DNA of 64,000 bases from Pirellulales bacterium (GCA_041741015.1 JBGSKX010000248.1:509-64508); one strand, 5' to 3'; shown: positions 20,850 to 32,719, counted from the stretch's first letter. A program made the numbers and translations. Notes: generated by a model not told the origin, from the letters alone.

Positions 20850-23273
20850 ATGCTCGACGCTCCATCGCGGCGGCTTGTGCGAGTCCTTCTCGCGGTCCTC
20901 CTGCTTATCAGTACCGCGCCTGCGGCGATTGCGCAGCTCGATGACATCCTCAATGGCGGGCCGCTGGGTGGCCTCACGTCGCCGGGTGCCGGCGTCGACG
21001 TCAATGGTGGCGAATCCGTGATCTCGGTGTTCGCGCATTTCACTGCGCCAAGCGGGGCCCAGCCAGGACTGCTTTCGATCACGGCGAACATTGAATCGCC
21101 GTGGTACACGTACTCGACGACGCAAAAGCCTCTGGGGGCGACGCCAACCAAGATCACGATCGAGCCGTCGAACGATTTTCGAGTGGTAGGCGACTTCCGG
21201 CCGACGCTGCCCCCCAAGGTAGTGAAGGATGGCGAGTACGTGCTGGAAGAGTTTGCCGGCGAGGTGACCTGGCAAATTCCCGTCGAATTCCGGCCCGGCG
21301 CCGATCTTGGTCAGCTCAAGATCAAAGGTTCGGTCCGCGCACAAGTCTGCAAAGTCGGAACCTGCCTGCCGCCTGAGGATCTGGCTTTCGAGGCCGAGCT
21401 AAAACAGCAGCCAAGCACGGCGGTCGCAGCCGTCGAGTTTCCGGTCCCGAACACGCATGCGACTCTGCGAGGCTACCTCGAACCCCGCGTGGCCACGCCG
21501 GGGTCGATGGTGAATCTGATCATCACGGCTGACATGCCCGCTGGCTGGCACATCTATGAGCGAGCGGAAACCGATCCCAAGGCGCTGGGCAACAAGCCGA
21601 CACTGATCGCCCTGAGCAACACGTCGGGCTTCAATCGCAAATCGACCACAGCCGACGGAAAACTCATCACCCCGCATGCCACGAAGCCGGGCGAGCCGGC
21701 GATGCTCCCCTTCTACGAAGGGCAAGTGAAGTGGACCATTCCGATCGTGATTCCAGCTGACGCCCCGCCGGGCCAGTTCCCGATTGAAGGCATCATTGGC
21801 CTGCAGACATGTTTCAAAGACGCTAGTTGCGATATGCCGAAGGCGGCCCGATTCAGCGGCTCAATCGAAGTCGCCGCGGAGCCGCAGCCTGGTGCCTCGG
21901 CGGTAGCCTTCAGCGACGCGAAATATGGAGAAGCGGCACAACTGGCGGCTAACCAGCCAGCCCCGATCGACGCCCAGCCTGGATTGGTGACGATCGAGGG
22001 GGCTGGAAGCACCGCCTTTTCGCTGCCGGTCATCATGTTGTTTGCCATCGCAGGCGGCTTTATTCTCAACTTCATGCCCTGCGTGCTGCCGGTGATCGGG
22101 CTCAAAGTCCTCTCCTTTGCCGAGCAGGCCGGGCGGAGCCGCGCGACCGTGCTCAAGCTCAACGTCTGGTATGCCCTCGGAACGCTGACCGTGTTCATGG
22201 TGCTGGCCACGCTGGCTTCCGCCGCGTCGCTGGGACTTCTTAATTCCAACCTCGGCTGGGGCGAACAGTTCAGCAACACCTGGTTTAACGTCGTCATGGT
22301 CGGCCTGGTGTTCGCTATGGCGTTGAGCTTCCTCGGCGTCTGGGAGATCCCCATCCCCGGTTTCGTCGGTTCGGGAAAAGCCAACGACCTTGCCGCGAAA
22401 GAAGGCGTCGCCGGCGCGTACTCGAAAGGTGTGATGGCGACGATTCTGGCCACGCCATGCAGTGGGCCGGCCCTGGGCACCGTGTTCGGCTTCACGCTGA
22501 ACCAGCCGCCATCGGTCACCTATTTGCTCTTCGCCTGTATCGCGCTCGGCATGTCGGCGCCCTACCTGTTGATTGGAGCGTTCCCTACGCTGATCCGATT
22601 CCTCCCGAAGCCTGGCGCGTGGATGGATACGTTCAAGCAACTGATGGGATTTGTGCTGTTAGGCACAATCGTCTTCCTGTTCAGCTTCATGAACAAGAAC
22701 TATCTCGTGCCGACGTTCGCCATGATGGTCGGAATCTGGATGGCCTGCTGGTGGATCGGTCGGACTTCGCTCACCGAAAGCCTGGGCCGGAAGTCGCTTG
22801 CCTGGGGACAGGGCGTGCTCGTGGGTGGAATCATCACACTGCTGGCCTTCACGTACCTCGTCCCGGGATCATCGAAGATTCCTTGGCAACCGTTTACGCC
22901 CTCGGAGTTGGCTCGTCTGCGCAATTCTGGCAACACGGTAATGGTCGACTTCACGGCCGAATGGTGTCTGACATGCAAAATGAATCTGAAGTTCGTCATC
23001 GAGACGGACGAGATTCGCGAAGCACTCGCGGCGAATAAGATCGTGCCGCTGCTGGCGGACTACACCGAGGGGTCGCCCGAAATCAAAGAGGCGTTGAACT
23101 CGCTTCAGAGCACGTCGATTCCACTGTTGGCGATCTTCCCGGCCGACCGTCCGGATCAGCCGATCGTGCTGCGTGACGTGATCACCCAGCAGCAACTACT
23201 TGAAGCGATCGAACAAGCCGGACCTTCCAAATCGGGAACGCAGCTCACCGCTGCACGCGTGGCTGCCGACTAG
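20850..23273 (+). CDS. dsbD: DsbD-like thiol:disulfide interchange protein (N-terminal periplasmic domains, CcdA/DsbD membrane core, C-terminal thioredoxin)
   Basis: Signal peptide. Membrane-core Cys motifs FMPCVLPVIGLK and TPCSGP. C-terminal thioredoxin motif FTAEWCLTCK. Confidence 0.8.
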   Translation: MLDAPSRRLVRVLLAVLLLISTAPAAIAQLDDILNGGPLGGLTSPGAGVDVNGGESVISVFAHFTAPSGAQPGLLSITANIESPWYTYSTTQKPLGATPTKITIEPSNDFRVVGDFRPTLPPKVVKDGEYVLEEFAGEVTWQIPVEFRPGADLGQLKIKGSVRAQVCKVGTCLPPEDLAFEAELKQQPSTAVAAVEFPVPNTHATLRGYLEPRVATPGSMVNLIITADMPAGWHIYERAETDPKALGNKPTLIALSNTSGFNRKSTTADGKLITPHATKPGEPAMLPFYEGQVKWTIPIVIPADAPPGQFPIEGIIGLQTCFKDASCDMPKAARFSGSIEVAAEPQPGASAVAFSDAKYGEAAQLAANQPAPIDAQPGLVTIEGAGSTAFSLPVIMLFAIAGGFILNFMPCVLPVIGLKVLSFAEQAGRSRATVLKLNVWYALGTLTVFMVLATLASAASLGLLNSNLGWGEQFSNTWFNVVMVGLVFAMALSFLGVWEIPIPGFVGSGKANDLAAKEGVAGAYSKGVMATILATPCSGPALGTVFGFTLNQPPSVTYLLFACIALGMSAPYLLIGAFPTLIRFLPKPGAWMDTFKQLMGFVLLGTIVFLFSFMNKNYLVPTFAMMVGIWMACWWIGRTSLTESLGRKSLAWGQGVLVGGIITLLAFTYLVPGSSKIPWQPFTPSELARLRNSGNTVMVDFTAEWCLTCKMNLKFVIETDEIREALAANKIVPLLADYTEGSPEIKEALNSLQSTSIPLLAIFPADRPDQPIVLRDVITQQQLLEAIEQAGPSKSGTQLTAARVAAD

Positions 23274-23307
23274 TTGCGGACTTAATCTTCGCCCAGGTTC
23301 GCGTCCC

Positions 23308-24531
23308 ATGTGCGACACGCTCGCCATCGTCAATTCCGAAGGCGTGCTGTTCGCCAAGAACTCGGATCGCGACGCCAACGAGCCGCAGTTGCTCGAGTGG
23401 CATCCGCGGCGCGACCATCCGGCCGGTGCAACGTTGCGCTGCACTTGGATCGAGATTCCACAAGTCCGCGAGACGCACGCCGTGCTGCTCAGCCGGCCGC
23501 GCTGGATGTGGGGGGCGGAGATGGGCACCAACGAGCATGGCGTTACGATCGGCAACGAGGCCGTGTTCACGCGCGAACCCTACGCCAAAACTGGCCTCTT
23601 GGGCATGGATCTCTTGCGGCTTGCGCTCGAACGTGCCGAAACCGCAGAGGCCGCGGTTGAGACGATCAACTCGCTGCTCAACGTGCACGGCCAAGGCGGT
23701 GCGTGCAGCGCCGAGCGACCCGGCTTTACGTATCACAACAGCTTCATCGTGGCCGATCCGCGGCGGGCATTCGTCCTGGAGACGGCCGGCCGGCACACGG
23801 CCGTCGAGGAAATTCACGGCGCTCGCAGCATCTCGAACGGCCTGACGATCCCCAGCTTCGCCAATCGCTATCGCGATCCGCTGAAATCGCGCGTCGCCGC
23901 CTGCGATGCAAGGCAGGCGCGAACATTGTCGCTGGCCGGCGGTGCGACCGAACTTGCCGATCTGATGCGCATCCTGCGCGATCATGGGACGATAGACTCG
24001 CTGCCGGGCTACTCCTGGCTCAATGGCGGACTCGGTGCTCCCTGCGTCCATGCGGCGGGACTTGTCGCCGGATCGCAGACGACGGCATCCTGGGTCGCCC
24101 GCCTGCGTCCGGACCAACACGAGCACTGGGTAACCGCAACTGCTGCGCCCTGCACCGGGCTGTTCAAGCCGGTTTCGGTCGGCGAGCCACTGGAGCTGGG
24201 TCGAGCGCCCGGAGAGCATGCGGATCTGTCGCTATGGTGGCGGCACGAGCGGTTGCATCGCGCGGCGTTACGCGATCCGCGGAGTGCCCTCCCGCTGTTC
24301 ACACCAGAGCGCGACACGATCGAATCCGCGTGGTTGGCGTCGCCGCCGGACTCGCAGGCCGCGTTCGATGAACACGGCAGATTGGAGAATCGCTGGCTGG
24401 AGCGCGTGTTAGCGAAACCGGTGCGCGACGTTCGCCCCTGGTATGTCCGGCGCTTTTGGCAGAAGGCCAATGACCGAGCTGGGATCAAGCTGGACTCGGT
24501 TGCCGGAGTGCCCGCTTTCGCTGGCAGCTAA
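23308..24531 (+). CDS. Ntn-hydrolase, peptidase C69/secernin-like (nucleophile Cys2)
   Basis: N-terminus MCDTLAIVNSEGVLFAKNSDRDANEPQ has the Met-Cys start typical of C69-type Ntn hydrolases. The ATG at 23308 was chosen. Confidence 0.6.
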   Translation: MCDTLAIVNSEGVLFAKNSDRDANEPQLLEWHPRRDHPAGATLRCTWIEIPQVRETHAVLLSRPRWMWGAEMGTNEHGVTIGNEAVFTREPYAKTGLLGMDLLRLALERAETAEAAVETINSLLNVHGQGGACSAERPGFTYHNSFIVADPRRAFVLETAGRHTAVEEIHGARSISNGLTIPSFANRYRDPLKSRVAACDARQARTLSLAGGATELADLMRILRDHGTIDSLPGYSWLNGGLGAPCVHAAGLVAGSQTTASWVARLRPDQHEHWVTATAAPCTGLFKPVSVGEPLELGRAPGEHADLSLWWRHERLHRAALRDPRSALPLFTPERDTIESAWLASPPDSQAAFDEHGRLENRWLERVLAKPVRDVRPWYVRRFWQKANDRAGIKLDSVAGVPAFAGS

Positions 24532-25838
24532 CTGGCACGCGTCACGAAGGCTTCGACCACCGCCTGTCGGCGGACCTTTCGCACAACGAGCTGCCATCCG
24601 TCCGAGCGTACGATATCGCCGGGATGGGCCGGCCGGCCGAGCCGTCGCGCAATCCAGGCATTCAGGGCATCTGTGGGCAGCATCCCGGCTTCCATCTCCA
24701 GCGGGCTGCCGATGACTTCGGCCAACCTGGCAAGCGGCAAGCTTCCGCCGACGATCCAGCCATGCCCCGTCGGCACGACGTGCGCTGGCAGCCGGTCGTA
24801 CTCATCGTGGATTTCGCCAACCAGCTCTTCCAGGATATCTTCGAGCGTGACGATGCCCACGACTTTGCCCTCTGGATCGCGTACCACGGCGATGTGATTG
24901 TGCTCATGGATCAACCGTTCCAGGCATTCGGCCACCGTGGCGGTCGACTTGAAGTGCACCAGAGGCCGCAAGATGCCCCGCAATGAGGGTTCGTGCGGTG
25001 CGAGTCTGAGCGTCGCCACAATGTCCTTGAAATTCACATATCCGATAAACGATTCCGGATCACCCCGACTTTCGGTCACGGGATAGCGCGTGTGCATGTC
25101 CAGATGTGCCGCCACCAGGGCTTCGTTCAGCGAGTCGCCGATGAACAGGTAGCGTACATGCTCGATCGGCAGCATCACCGACTCGATCGTCGTGCTGGAA
25201 AGTCGCGCGGCGCTGACGATGATCCCTTCCTCCCGCCGCCCGATCAGTCGCGACGTGCGGGCGAGAGCGGCAATTGCTCGCAGCTCCTGGAGTTCCGTAG
25301 CATTCGCAGAGGCCTCACTCCGATTCCAACGCCTGGTCAGTAGTCCGACGAACAGGGATACCGTCGTCTCAAGAAACCAAACCGCCGGCCACACGGCAAA
25401 GCTGAACCATTCCATCAGCGGTGAAAGCCGCAATACGACCCATTCGCGATTCTCAAGCGCGAACACCTTTGGCACTAACTCGCCGAAAATGATCGTCACC
25501 ACCGTGAGCGGGAGTACGATGACGCCGATTGCCAGAAACTGCGCCGGCCCAGCCGAAAAACCCTGCTCAAGAAACCAGGGCTCGATCGACTCTTCCGCGC
25601 CGGCGCCGCCCGTCGCCGCCGCGATGGCTCCGACGAGCGTGATCCCGAGTTGCACGACCGCCAGGCTACCCTCCATGCTCGTTTTCATCCGCATGGCAGA
25701 AGCAGCCCCGTGCCGGTTCTCGTGGGCGAGCGTGTCCAGTCGTGCGAGCCCCACCGAGGCCAGGGCAATCTCATAAGCCGCGAAGATGCCGTTCAGGACG
25801 ATCATCACGGCCATCACGATGAGTTCAACGGTCCACAT
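24528..25838 (-). CDS. CNNM/HlyC/CorC-family transporter (DUF21, CBS pair and CorC_HlyC domains)
   Basis: N-terminal DUF21 helices (LNGIFAAYEIALAS), a CBS pair, and a C-terminal CorC-type domain. Confidence 0.85.
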   Translation of the reverse strand: MWTVELIVMAVMIVLNGIFAAYEIALASVGLARLDTLAHENRHGAASAMRMKTSMEGSLAVVQLGITLVGAIAAATGGAGAEESIEPWFLEQGFSAGPAQFLAIGVIVLPLTVVTIIFGELVPKVFALENREWVVLRLSPLMEWFSFAVWPAVWFLETTVSLFVGLLTRRWNRSEASANATELQELRAIAALARTSRLIGRREEGIIVSAARLSSTTIESVMLPIEHVRYLFIGDSLNEALVAAHLDMHTRYPVTESRGDPESFIGYVNFKDIVATLRLAPHEPSLRGILRPLVHFKSTATVAECLERLIHEHNHIAVVRDPEGKVVGIVTLEDILEELVGEIHDEYDRLPAHVVPTGHGWIVGGSLPLARLAEVIGSPLEMEAGMLPTDALNAWIARRLGRPAHPGDIVRSDGWQLVVRKVRRQAVVEAFVTRAS

Positions 25839-25941
25839 TGCCGGTCACTACTGAGAAAAGCGGCGCGACGTCCGCAGAATTCGAATCATTTGTTGTTGCT
25901 CGCGCGAGTGGCCCCGTCCCGTGCTCTTCCCAGCGTGCAAG

Positions 25942-27003
25942 TCAGGCCCAGACGACGCCGCGCTCGCCCGCCGTAGCCCGTCCCAGAATCCAGCTATCGA
26001 GGCCGCAATCGGTGAGTTGATTGCGAATGCTGTCGGCGTAATGCGGACTGACGACGAGGACGAGCCCGATGCCCATGTTGAACACGCGGTCCATCTCTTC
26101 GGCCTCGACTTCACCGTGACGTTGGAGCCAGCCAAACACCGGGGGAACCGTCCAACTGCCGCGATCGAGTTCGATCCGCACTCCCTCGGGCACAATCCGT
26201 TCCAGATTCTCGCACAATCCGCCGCCCGTAATGTGGGCAATGCCGTGGACGACCTTCTTGACCTTGTAATAGCTGAGCACGCGGCGGACGCAGCGGACAT
26301 AAATTCGCGTGGGTTCGAGCAGCGCCTTTCCCACGGTGGCGCCCAGCTCTTCAACAAAGTCTCCCGGCTTGTGCCCCGCGATGTCGAAGGCAATCTTCCG
26401 CGCCAGGCTGTATCCATTCGAGTGCAGGCCGCTGGAGGCTACGCCAATCGCGACGTCGCCCGGCGAGATCGACTTGCCATCGACCAGCTTCTTCCGCTCG
26501 GCAACCGCGACGCAAAAGCCCGCCAAATCGTAGTCGCCACGAGCATAGAGATCGGGCATGATGGCCGTCTCGCCGCCGAGCAGAGCGCAATCGGCCTCGA
26601 CGCAGCCATCCGAGATTCCCTCGACAATCTGCTCAAGCAGTTCGGAGTCGTCATGCGACATGGCCACGTAGTCGAGGAAGAACAGCGGCTCGGCTCCGGT
26701 GCAAAGGGCGTCATTGACGCTCATCGCCACCAGATCGATGCCCACAGTGCGGTGCGAGCCGACAATTTGGGCCACCTTCAGCTTGGTCCCGACCCCGTCC
26801 GTGCAGGAGACCAACACGGGGTCTTCATACCTTCGAGCGAACAGCGCGCTGGCAAAGTCGAGCTGATAGAGACCTGCAAAGCCACCATCGTTGGGCATCA
26901 CCCGAGGGCTGTAGGTCCGATGCAGCAGGCGAGGAAGCCGGGCCATGGACTGGCGATAGACCTCGAGGTCTACACCAGCATCCTTGTAAGTCGCTTTGGC
27001 CAT
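25942..27003 (-). CDS. purM: Phosphoribosylformylglycinamidine cyclo-ligase (AIR synthetase)
   Basis: [16 protein letters not shown], and DGVGTKLK motifs, with full-length PurM similarity. Confidence 0.95.
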   Translation of the reverse strand: MAKATYKDAGVDLEVYRQSMARLPRLLHRTYSPRVMPNDGGFAGLYQLDFASALFARRYEDPVLVSCTDGVGTKLKVAQIVGSHRTVGIDLVAMSVNDALCTGAEPLFFLDYVAMSHDDSELLEQIVEGISDGCVEADCALLGGETAIMPDLYARGDYDLAGFCVAVAERKKLVDGKSISPGDVAIGVASSGLHSNGYSLARKIAFDIAGHKPGDFVEELGATVGKALLEPTRIYVRCVRRVLSYYKVKKVVHGIAHITGGGLCENLERIVPEGVRIELDRGSWTVPPVFGWLQRHGEVEAEEMDRVFNMGIGLVLVVSPHYADSIRNQLTDCGLDSWILGRATAGERGVVWA

Positions 27004-27171
27004 TCAAGTTACCCGCGCCGTCAGTGCCTTTCAGAGGGGGGCATTTTACGGCTCGGATGCGCGAGTTGTCAAACCTCGATTCCAGCAGCTCAACAGAGCA
27101 GCCGCGCTGCCAAGTCGCTCAGGACTCGACAGCGCGGCTGACGTTTGCCGGACGTGATCCGTTCGGCCGGG

Positions 27172-28644
27172 CTAGGCCAGGCTGACGGTGACGGTCTTGT
27201 TCTCGGTGTAGGCTTCCAGCCCCTTCTCTCCCAGTTCGCGGCCAAGGCCCGACATCTTGAAGCCGCCGAACGGAGCGGCAGTGTCAAATACGTCATAGCA
27301 GTTGACCCACACGGTGCCGGCGCGGAGCGAGTTGGCCACGCGATGAGCCTTGCCAATGTCGCGCGTCCAGACGGCGGCGGCCAGGCCATAGAACGTGTTG
27401 TTGCCGCGCTCGATCACTTCGTCGATGTCCTTGAACTTCAGGACGGAAAGAACCGGGCCGAAGATCTCGTCCTTGGCGATCGACATGTCGTCGGTTACGC
27501 CTTCGAACAGCGTCGGCTCGATGAAGTAGCCCTTGTCGCCGACGCGTTTGCCGCCGGTGACGCACTTGGCGCCTTCCTTCTTGCCCAGGTCAACGTAGTG
27601 CATGATCTTGTCGAACTGCGCCTGGTCGACCTGCGCACCCTGCTCGGTTGCGGGATCGAGCGGGTTGCCGACCTTGCGGCTCTTGTTCATCGAAGCCAAC
27701 TTGTCGACAAGTTTGTCGTGAACTTTCTCTTCGACAAACACGCGGCTGCCCGCGCAGCAACACTGTCCCTGATTCAGATAAAGACCGGTATGCGTGCCTG
27801 CCGCGGCCGCATCGAGGTCAGAGTCAGCAAAGATAATGTTGGGGCTCTTGCCGCCCAGTTCGAAGGTCAATCGCTTCAGCGTCTGGCTGGCGTCTTTCAT
27901 GATGATCTGGGCCGTGCGATGCTCGCCGGTGAAGGCAACCTTGTCCACGCCCGGGTGCTTGACGATCGCGGCGCCGGCCGTGGGACCGTAGCCCGGCACG
28001 ACGTTGATGACGCCATCCGGAATGCCGGCTTTCTGTGCAAGCCGCGCCATCCGCAAGCAGGTCAGCGGTGTCTGCTCAGCAGGCTTCATCACGATCGTGC
28101 AGCCCGCGGCCAGAGCGGGTCCCCACTTCCAGGCCGTCATCAGCATGGGAAAGTTCCAGGGAATAATCTGCCCCACAACGCCAACCGGTTCGCGTTTGGT
28201 GTAGCAGAAGTAGTTGCCGCGAATCGGAATCGTCTGCCCGTGAATCTTGTCGGCGTAGCCGGCGTAGTATCGCAAGCAGTCGATTACCAGCGGCAGGTCG
28301 CCATGGCGAGCTTCGCGAATCGGCTTCCCATTGTCGAGCGACTCAAGCATCGCGAGCTGGTCGATATCCTCTTCGATCAGATCGGCCAGGCGGTGCATCA
28401 GTCGGCCACGATCGCGGGCGTCCATCGATCGCCAGGGGCCGTTTTCGAAAGCTTCGCGAGCGGCTTTCACGGCCAGATCGATGTCGGCCGCGTCACCTTC
28501 GGCGACGGTGGTGATGACTTCTTCGGTCGCGGGGTTGATCGTCTCGAACGTCTTGCCGCTGGCCGAGGGAATCCACTGGCCGCCAATGAAGCATTGCGTC
28601 TGCTTGATCTCGGGCCCGCGGGCCGTTTTGGTCAGGGTCGCCAT
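27172..28644 (-). CDS. NAD(P)-dependent aldehyde dehydrogenase
   Basis: Catalytic motifs [16 protein letters not shown] and [11 protein letters not shown]. An AGGAGG Shine-Dalgarno sequence lies upstream of the ATG at 28644. Confidence 0.9.
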   Translation of the reverse strand: MATLTKTARGPEIKQTQCFIGGQWIPSASGKTFETINPATEEVITTVAEGDAADIDLAVKAAREAFENGPWRSMDARDRGRLMHRLADLIEEDIDQLAMLESLDNGKPIREARHGDLPLVIDCLRYYAGYADKIHGQTIPIRGNYFCYTKREPVGVVGQIIPWNFPMLMTAWKWGPALAAGCTIVMKPAEQTPLTCLRMARLAQKAGIPDGVINVVPGYGPTAGAAIVKHPGVDKVAFTGEHRTAQIIMKDASQTLKRLTFELGGKSPNIIFADSDLDAAAAGTHTGLYLNQGQCCCAGSRVFVEEKVHDKLVDKLASMNKSRKVGNPLDPATEQGAQVDQAQFDKIMHYVDLGKKEGAKCVTGGKRVGDKGYFIEPTLFEGVTDDMSIAKDEIFGPVLSVLKFKDIDEVIERGNNTFYGLAAAVWTRDIGKAHRVANSLRAGTVWVNCYDVFDTAAPFGGFKMSGLGRELGEKGLEAYTENKTVTVSLA

Positions 28645-28842
28645 AGGAAAATCCTCCTGGGACTTTTGTGTGCCTTGTGAGGTGGAAGCAGCTGGCCGGC
28701 GTTTCAGGCAAACTACCGCAAGCGCTGGCCGGGCATTGGCATTGTAGAGCTTGCCAATCCATCCCGACAAGCAAGCAAAAACGGCTGGGCGATACTTCGC
28801 CCAGCCGTTTTTCATTACGTACGACGCACCTCCCACAGGCCG

Positions 28843-30048
28843 CTACTCGGTCGCAGCCGCCTCGGCGGGTTTGTCGTCGCCTTCGGCCGGCTTCTCACCT
28901 TCGGCCGGTTCAGCGGGTTGCTCTGGCGGCGGGCCAAGCTGTTCAGCCAGCAGCCGCACGAGTTCCTCGCCGCGAGCCCTGGTGCTCACGACCTTACCCT
29001 CTTTGTCGACCAGGATGACCGTCGGAATGCCCATCACGCCGTAATACGTGGCGACGCTATTGTCCTTCCAGTCGCCGTCGTGGAGCGTGATCCAAGGGGT
29101 CTGCTCGTCGACCAGGAATTTCTCGAGCGCTTCGCGGTCGCGATCGAGGCTGACTCCCACGACCTCAAAACCCTTATCGTGATACAGCTCGTAGTTCTTT
29201 TTGACGTTGGGCAACTCGGCCAAGCAGGGACCGCACCAGGTGGCCCAAAAGTCGACAAGCACCACCTTGCCGCGAAGGTCCTTGATGTCGAACTTCTTGC
29301 CGTCCATCTCCGTGCCGGTCACATCGATCGGCTGACCAATCAGCGTCATCCGCCGCGCAGCGCCTTCCATCATGATGCCATTGCGGGCGAGTTTCTCGTC
29401 GGCACTCTTGGCCAGGATGGGTCCGATCTCGCGATAGATCACCGCGGCCCGCTCCGGATCGCCGCCATACTCGTGCTTCGAAGCCAGCATTTGCACGGCG
29501 CGAATCGCATAGGTCGACGGCTCAGGGTAGGTGGTCAGATAAGCCTTGAGTTCATCGAGCAACTTGGCCTCTTGCTCATCGTTCAACTCGCGATCCTGCG
29601 CGCGAAAATTCAGCACCACCGCCTCGGCGTCCTTATAGCCGGGCAGTTTCTTTTCCTCGTCCGTGGCCTTGGCGACAATCTTCTCGGCAGACTCCTTAAG
29701 CGCACCCGTCAAGCGAACACGCGAGCGCAGTAGCTCCTCGCGGTTCTTTGGCCGATAGTTAATCATCGAGTCCAGGAAAGTCAGCAATTCGGGAACGCTG
29801 TCGGTTTCCGGCACTTTGAAGGGGTCGACTTTGGCTTCCTCGTCGGCAGCTTCGTCCGCTTTCGCGTCCGGTGCTGGTTCGCCATTCTTCTCCGCGAGCT
29901 TTTCGGCAATCAGTTGCTGAAGTGCGGGATTAAGTTTGCCTTTGAGCTTGGCCGCTGGCGCGGCAGGCTCTTCCGCCCAGAGATTGCCGGTCACGAGCAC
30001 GATCCCGACAGCAATCAGTAGCCCGAGTGAAATCCGCCGCGCGTTCAT
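28843..30048 (-). CDS. Secreted TlpA-like thioredoxin-fold protein with a helical N-terminal domain
   Basis: Signal/anchor MNARRISLGLLIAVGIVLVTGNLWA. Thioredoxin motif VLVDFWATWCGPCLAELP. Pro/Glu-rich tail. Confidence 0.75.
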   Translation of the reverse strand: MNARRISLGLLIAVGIVLVTGNLWAEEPAAPAAKLKGKLNPALQQLIAEKLAEKNGEPAPDAKADEAADEEAKVDPFKVPETDSVPELLTFLDSMINYRPKNREELLRSRVRLTGALKESAEKIVAKATDEEKKLPGYKDAEAVVLNFRAQDRELNDEQEAKLLDELKAYLTTYPEPSTYAIRAVQMLASKHEYGGDPERAAVIYREIGPILAKSADEKLARNGIMMEGAARRMTLIGQPIDVTGTEMDGKKFDIKDLRGKVVLVDFWATWCGPCLAELPNVKKNYELYHDKGFEVVGVSLDRDREALEKFLVDEQTPWITLHDGDWKDNSVATYYGVMGIPTVILVDKEGKVVSTRARGEELVRLLAEQLGPPPEQPAEPAEGEKPAEGDDKPAEAAATE

Positions 30049-30225
30049 ATTGAATTTCTCCTGTAGAGGCTGGTTTCGTGCGCTGGCCTTCTCTATCTGG
30101 CGAAAGAGCGCCTCCATAGTCATAGCCAATCAAGAGGGGTTCTGCCATCCTTTCGAGCGAAGGTGGCGTTCGAATCCTTAATTGTGTAGTTTGTCGATCA
30201 AGTCACTTGCGTTACGAAAGTCAGC

Positions 30226-31170
30226 TTGATCGAGGACCTTGCCTTGCGACCGCTCAGTAAAGTTGCGCCCGACTGGTGGGACTATACAACTCTCGATACC
30301 GAACTTTTGGACGACGCCGCCCGGCTCTCGGCGGATGACCTGCTGGTTCTGTCGCGCGAAGGCTTCCGGGTGAAGTTCTACGATACGCTCGAAGACTTTT
30401 ATCTGGCTGAAGCCCTGGAGTACATCACGGCCTGGCGGCAAGCGACGCCCGACCGCCCGGCCGGCATTTGCGGTCCGATCGGCCCGACCGAGCAGTTGCC
30501 GCTCGTGGCCAGATTGGTCAATGAATTGGAACTCGACCTGCGGCACGCGCACTTTTGGGGCATGGACGAATGGGCGATTGACGGGCGTGAAGCCAGCGAA
30601 GACTTTCCGCTCAGCTTCGCGAAGGCCGACAAGGATTTGTGCTTCAATCGCATGCGACCGGAATTGCGCATGCCGGATGCGAACCTGCACTTTCCCAGCA
30701 TCGCGTCAGCGACCTACTCGGAAAGCTACGACCAGATTCGCTGCGTCGTGATGCAAGGCGGCCAGGGCGAAGTAAAGCACTGGGCGTTCAACGATCCAGT
30801 GCGCCGCGCCGGCAAGTATCAGGATGCACCGCCCTCGCCGGAGGAGTATCGCAAGCTCGGTACGCGATTGGTTGACCTGCATCCGATGACCATCATTCAG
30901 AACGCTCGCACCAGCGGTGGCGGGGTGGTGACGGGCGTTCCCACGCAAGCGATCACGGTCGGGCCGCGTGAAACCTGGAAGGCCGAGAAAGTTTCAATCT
31001 GGCATGCCGGCCATCACGACAATCCGTTCGGATTGCGGCTGACGAGCCTGATGATTTCCAAGCGGCTGCCCGACTCGGCGGTTCCGATGTCGCTGCTGGC
31101 CGATCACCCGAACGTGCAATTTAATTTCTACCGCCCCGGCATCGGCACCTGCGATGCCGAGATGCACTAG
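30226..31170 (+). CDS. Glucosamine-6-phosphate deaminase / 6-phosphogluconolactonase-family protein
   Basis: HFWGMDEW is equivalent to the NagB xFxMDEY motif, and the overall length and pattern fit the family. The TTG start is uncertain. Confidence 0.6.
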   Translation: MIEDLALRPLSKVAPDWWDYTTLDTELLDDAARLSADDLLVLSREGFRVKFYDTLEDFYLAEALEYITAWRQATPDRPAGICGPIGPTEQLPLVARLVNELELDLRHAHFWGMDEWAIDGREASEDFPLSFAKADKDLCFNRMRPELRMPDANLHFPSIASATYSESYDQIRCVVMQGGQGEVKHWAFNDPVRRAGKYQDAPPSPEEYRKLGTRLVDLHPMTIIQNARTSGGGVVTGVPTQAITVGPRETWKAEKVSIWHAGHHDNPFGLRLTSLMISKRLPDSAVPMSLLADHPNVQFNFYRPGIGTCDAEMH

Positions 31171-31206
31171 CAGTGATCGTCGCCCACTTGACTCGCTACT
31201 TCTCGA

Positions 31207-32364
31207 CTAAATTTCGTTGATCGCTTGAATCGAATTGCCCTCGAGCTGAACGATCTGATTGCGTCCTGATTCCTTGGCCCGATAGAGAGCCATGTCCACG
31301 TCGTGCAGGAACTCCTGGCGCGTCCGGTCGGAAGAAGGCACGATTGTGGCCAGTCCAATGCTGACGGTCACGAAGCGGCTGACGCCCGAACGCGGATGCG
31401 GAATCGCCGCATTGCGGACGTGCATACAGATCATTTCTGCGACCCGAATCGCGCCCTCGGCATCTGTATTGGGCAGCACGACGGCAAATTCCTCACCACC
31501 AAAGCGGGCACAGAAATCAGATGGCCGTCGAACGCTGGCGCGAATAGCCCGAGCGACGGCGCGCAGGCACTCGTCGCCGGCCAGGTGGCCGTATTCATCG
31601 TTGAACGCTTTGAAGAAGTCAGCGTCAATCATGGCCACCGACAGCGGCAGTTCGGAACGTTCATGACGCGACCATTCGCGGGCGAGCACGCCGTCGAAGC
31701 AGTGGCGATTGGGAATGCCGGTCAGCCCATCAGTGGCCGCCTGGCGTTCGAGCTTGGTGTTGGCGTCGCGCAACTCACGGCGGGCGTTGAACTCCATTTT
31801 CTTCAGGACGCTGACGAGCAGATAAATGCACATCAAAAGGCCAGCCAAGCCGCTCGTCTGGATCACGAAGATGCCTTGCGGTCCGAGCTCGATCGGCAGC
31901 GACCAGCCCAGCCATTCAATCGTCGCGAACGACGCCACGGTGATCGCGCTCCAGATCGTCCAGAAGACGCCCGACCTTGGACCGGAAAGTAATACCGACA
32001 GCACCGGCAGGGTCGAAAACCAGATGACGGCCGGCGCCCAGAGCCCTCCAGTCAGGACGGCAAGTGCGGTGTACACGTACCAGGCGGCGCCGGTCAGCAG
32101 GTTGCCGCACAGTTCCGCTGAAGCACCGCGTCGCAGGAACATGAAAATGCCCATCAACAGCGCCGCGCCTGACAGGAGGATATTCGTACAGATCGGCGCG
32201 CCGAGCAGCGTGTAGATGACCGCGAAAACCGGGACCCAGAAGAGCATCGCCAGTCCGAACGCCACCACACGCGAGGCCTGGGCAACCGAATCAGGATCTT
32301 GCGGCTGGTGAAGCGTCAGGCCGCGTTCGAGTGCGCGGTAGATAGGCGACAAATACGGGGTCAC
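31207..32364 (-). CDS. Membrane-anchored diguanylate cyclase (GGDEF domain, GGEEF active site)
   Basis: About 6 N-terminal transmembrane helices, then a GGDEF domain with RFGGEEFAVVL. Confidence 0.85.
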   Translation of the reverse strand: MTPYLSPIYRALERGLTLHQPQDPDSVAQASRVVAFGLAMLFWVPVFAVIYTLLGAPICTNILLSGAALLMGIFMFLRRGASAELCGNLLTGAAWYVYTALAVLTGGLWAPAVIWFSTLPVLSVLLSGPRSGVFWTIWSAITVASFATIEWLGWSLPIELGPQGIFVIQTSGLAGLLMCIYLLVSVLKKMEFNARRELRDANTKLERQAATDGLTGIPNRHCFDGVLAREWSRHERSELPLSVAMIDADFFKAFNDEYGHLAGDECLRAVARAIRASVRRPSDFCARFGGEEFAVVLPNTDAEGAIRVAEMICMHVRNAAIPHPRSGVSRFVTVSIGLATIVPSSDRTRQEFLHDVDMALYRAKESGRNQIVQLEGNSIQAINEI

Positions 32365-32719
32365 AATAGTCGAGCGCCAGCGGGGAGGAAAAGAGAACTC
32401 CAGGCTGCCCCACCAAACACTAGCACAACGTTAAGGAGGGCCGGGTGTAATCTTTGCGGAAGCGGCGCAACCGAGAAAATCGATACCACCCCACCGCCGG
32501 GCGATTTCGATGCGCGGCGGACAGTCGCCCGTTGTCGGCCGCGATCGCAGTTTCGAATGAGAGATGGACTGGCCGTTTGCAGTCGATCCGCGGATTCATC
32601 ATTTGCTCATCAAGTCCGAACAATCGTGTTCTATAGTCGGCAATTTGTAGAAAACCATTCCTGAATCATCTCACATGCGGCTTTCCGTGAAGGGATTTCG
32701 CGGCGAAAGGTTGGTTGTT

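Noticed and set aside
24528-24531. Convergent gene pairs whose stop codons overlap (CTAA at 24528-24531; TTAG at 60161-60164).
   Set aside because: This is real but commonplace compaction in dense bacterial genomes. No further signal is associated with it.
27099-27140. Perfect 11-bp inverted repeat CAGCCGCGCTG / CAGCGCGGCTG with a 20-nt loop, between the aldehyde dehydrogenase gene and purM.
   Set aside because: It is probably a U-tract-less terminator or RNA-stabilising hairpin after the aldehyde dehydrogenase gene. No U run follows on the minus strand, so it was not listed as a confident terminator, and nothing else about it is unusual.
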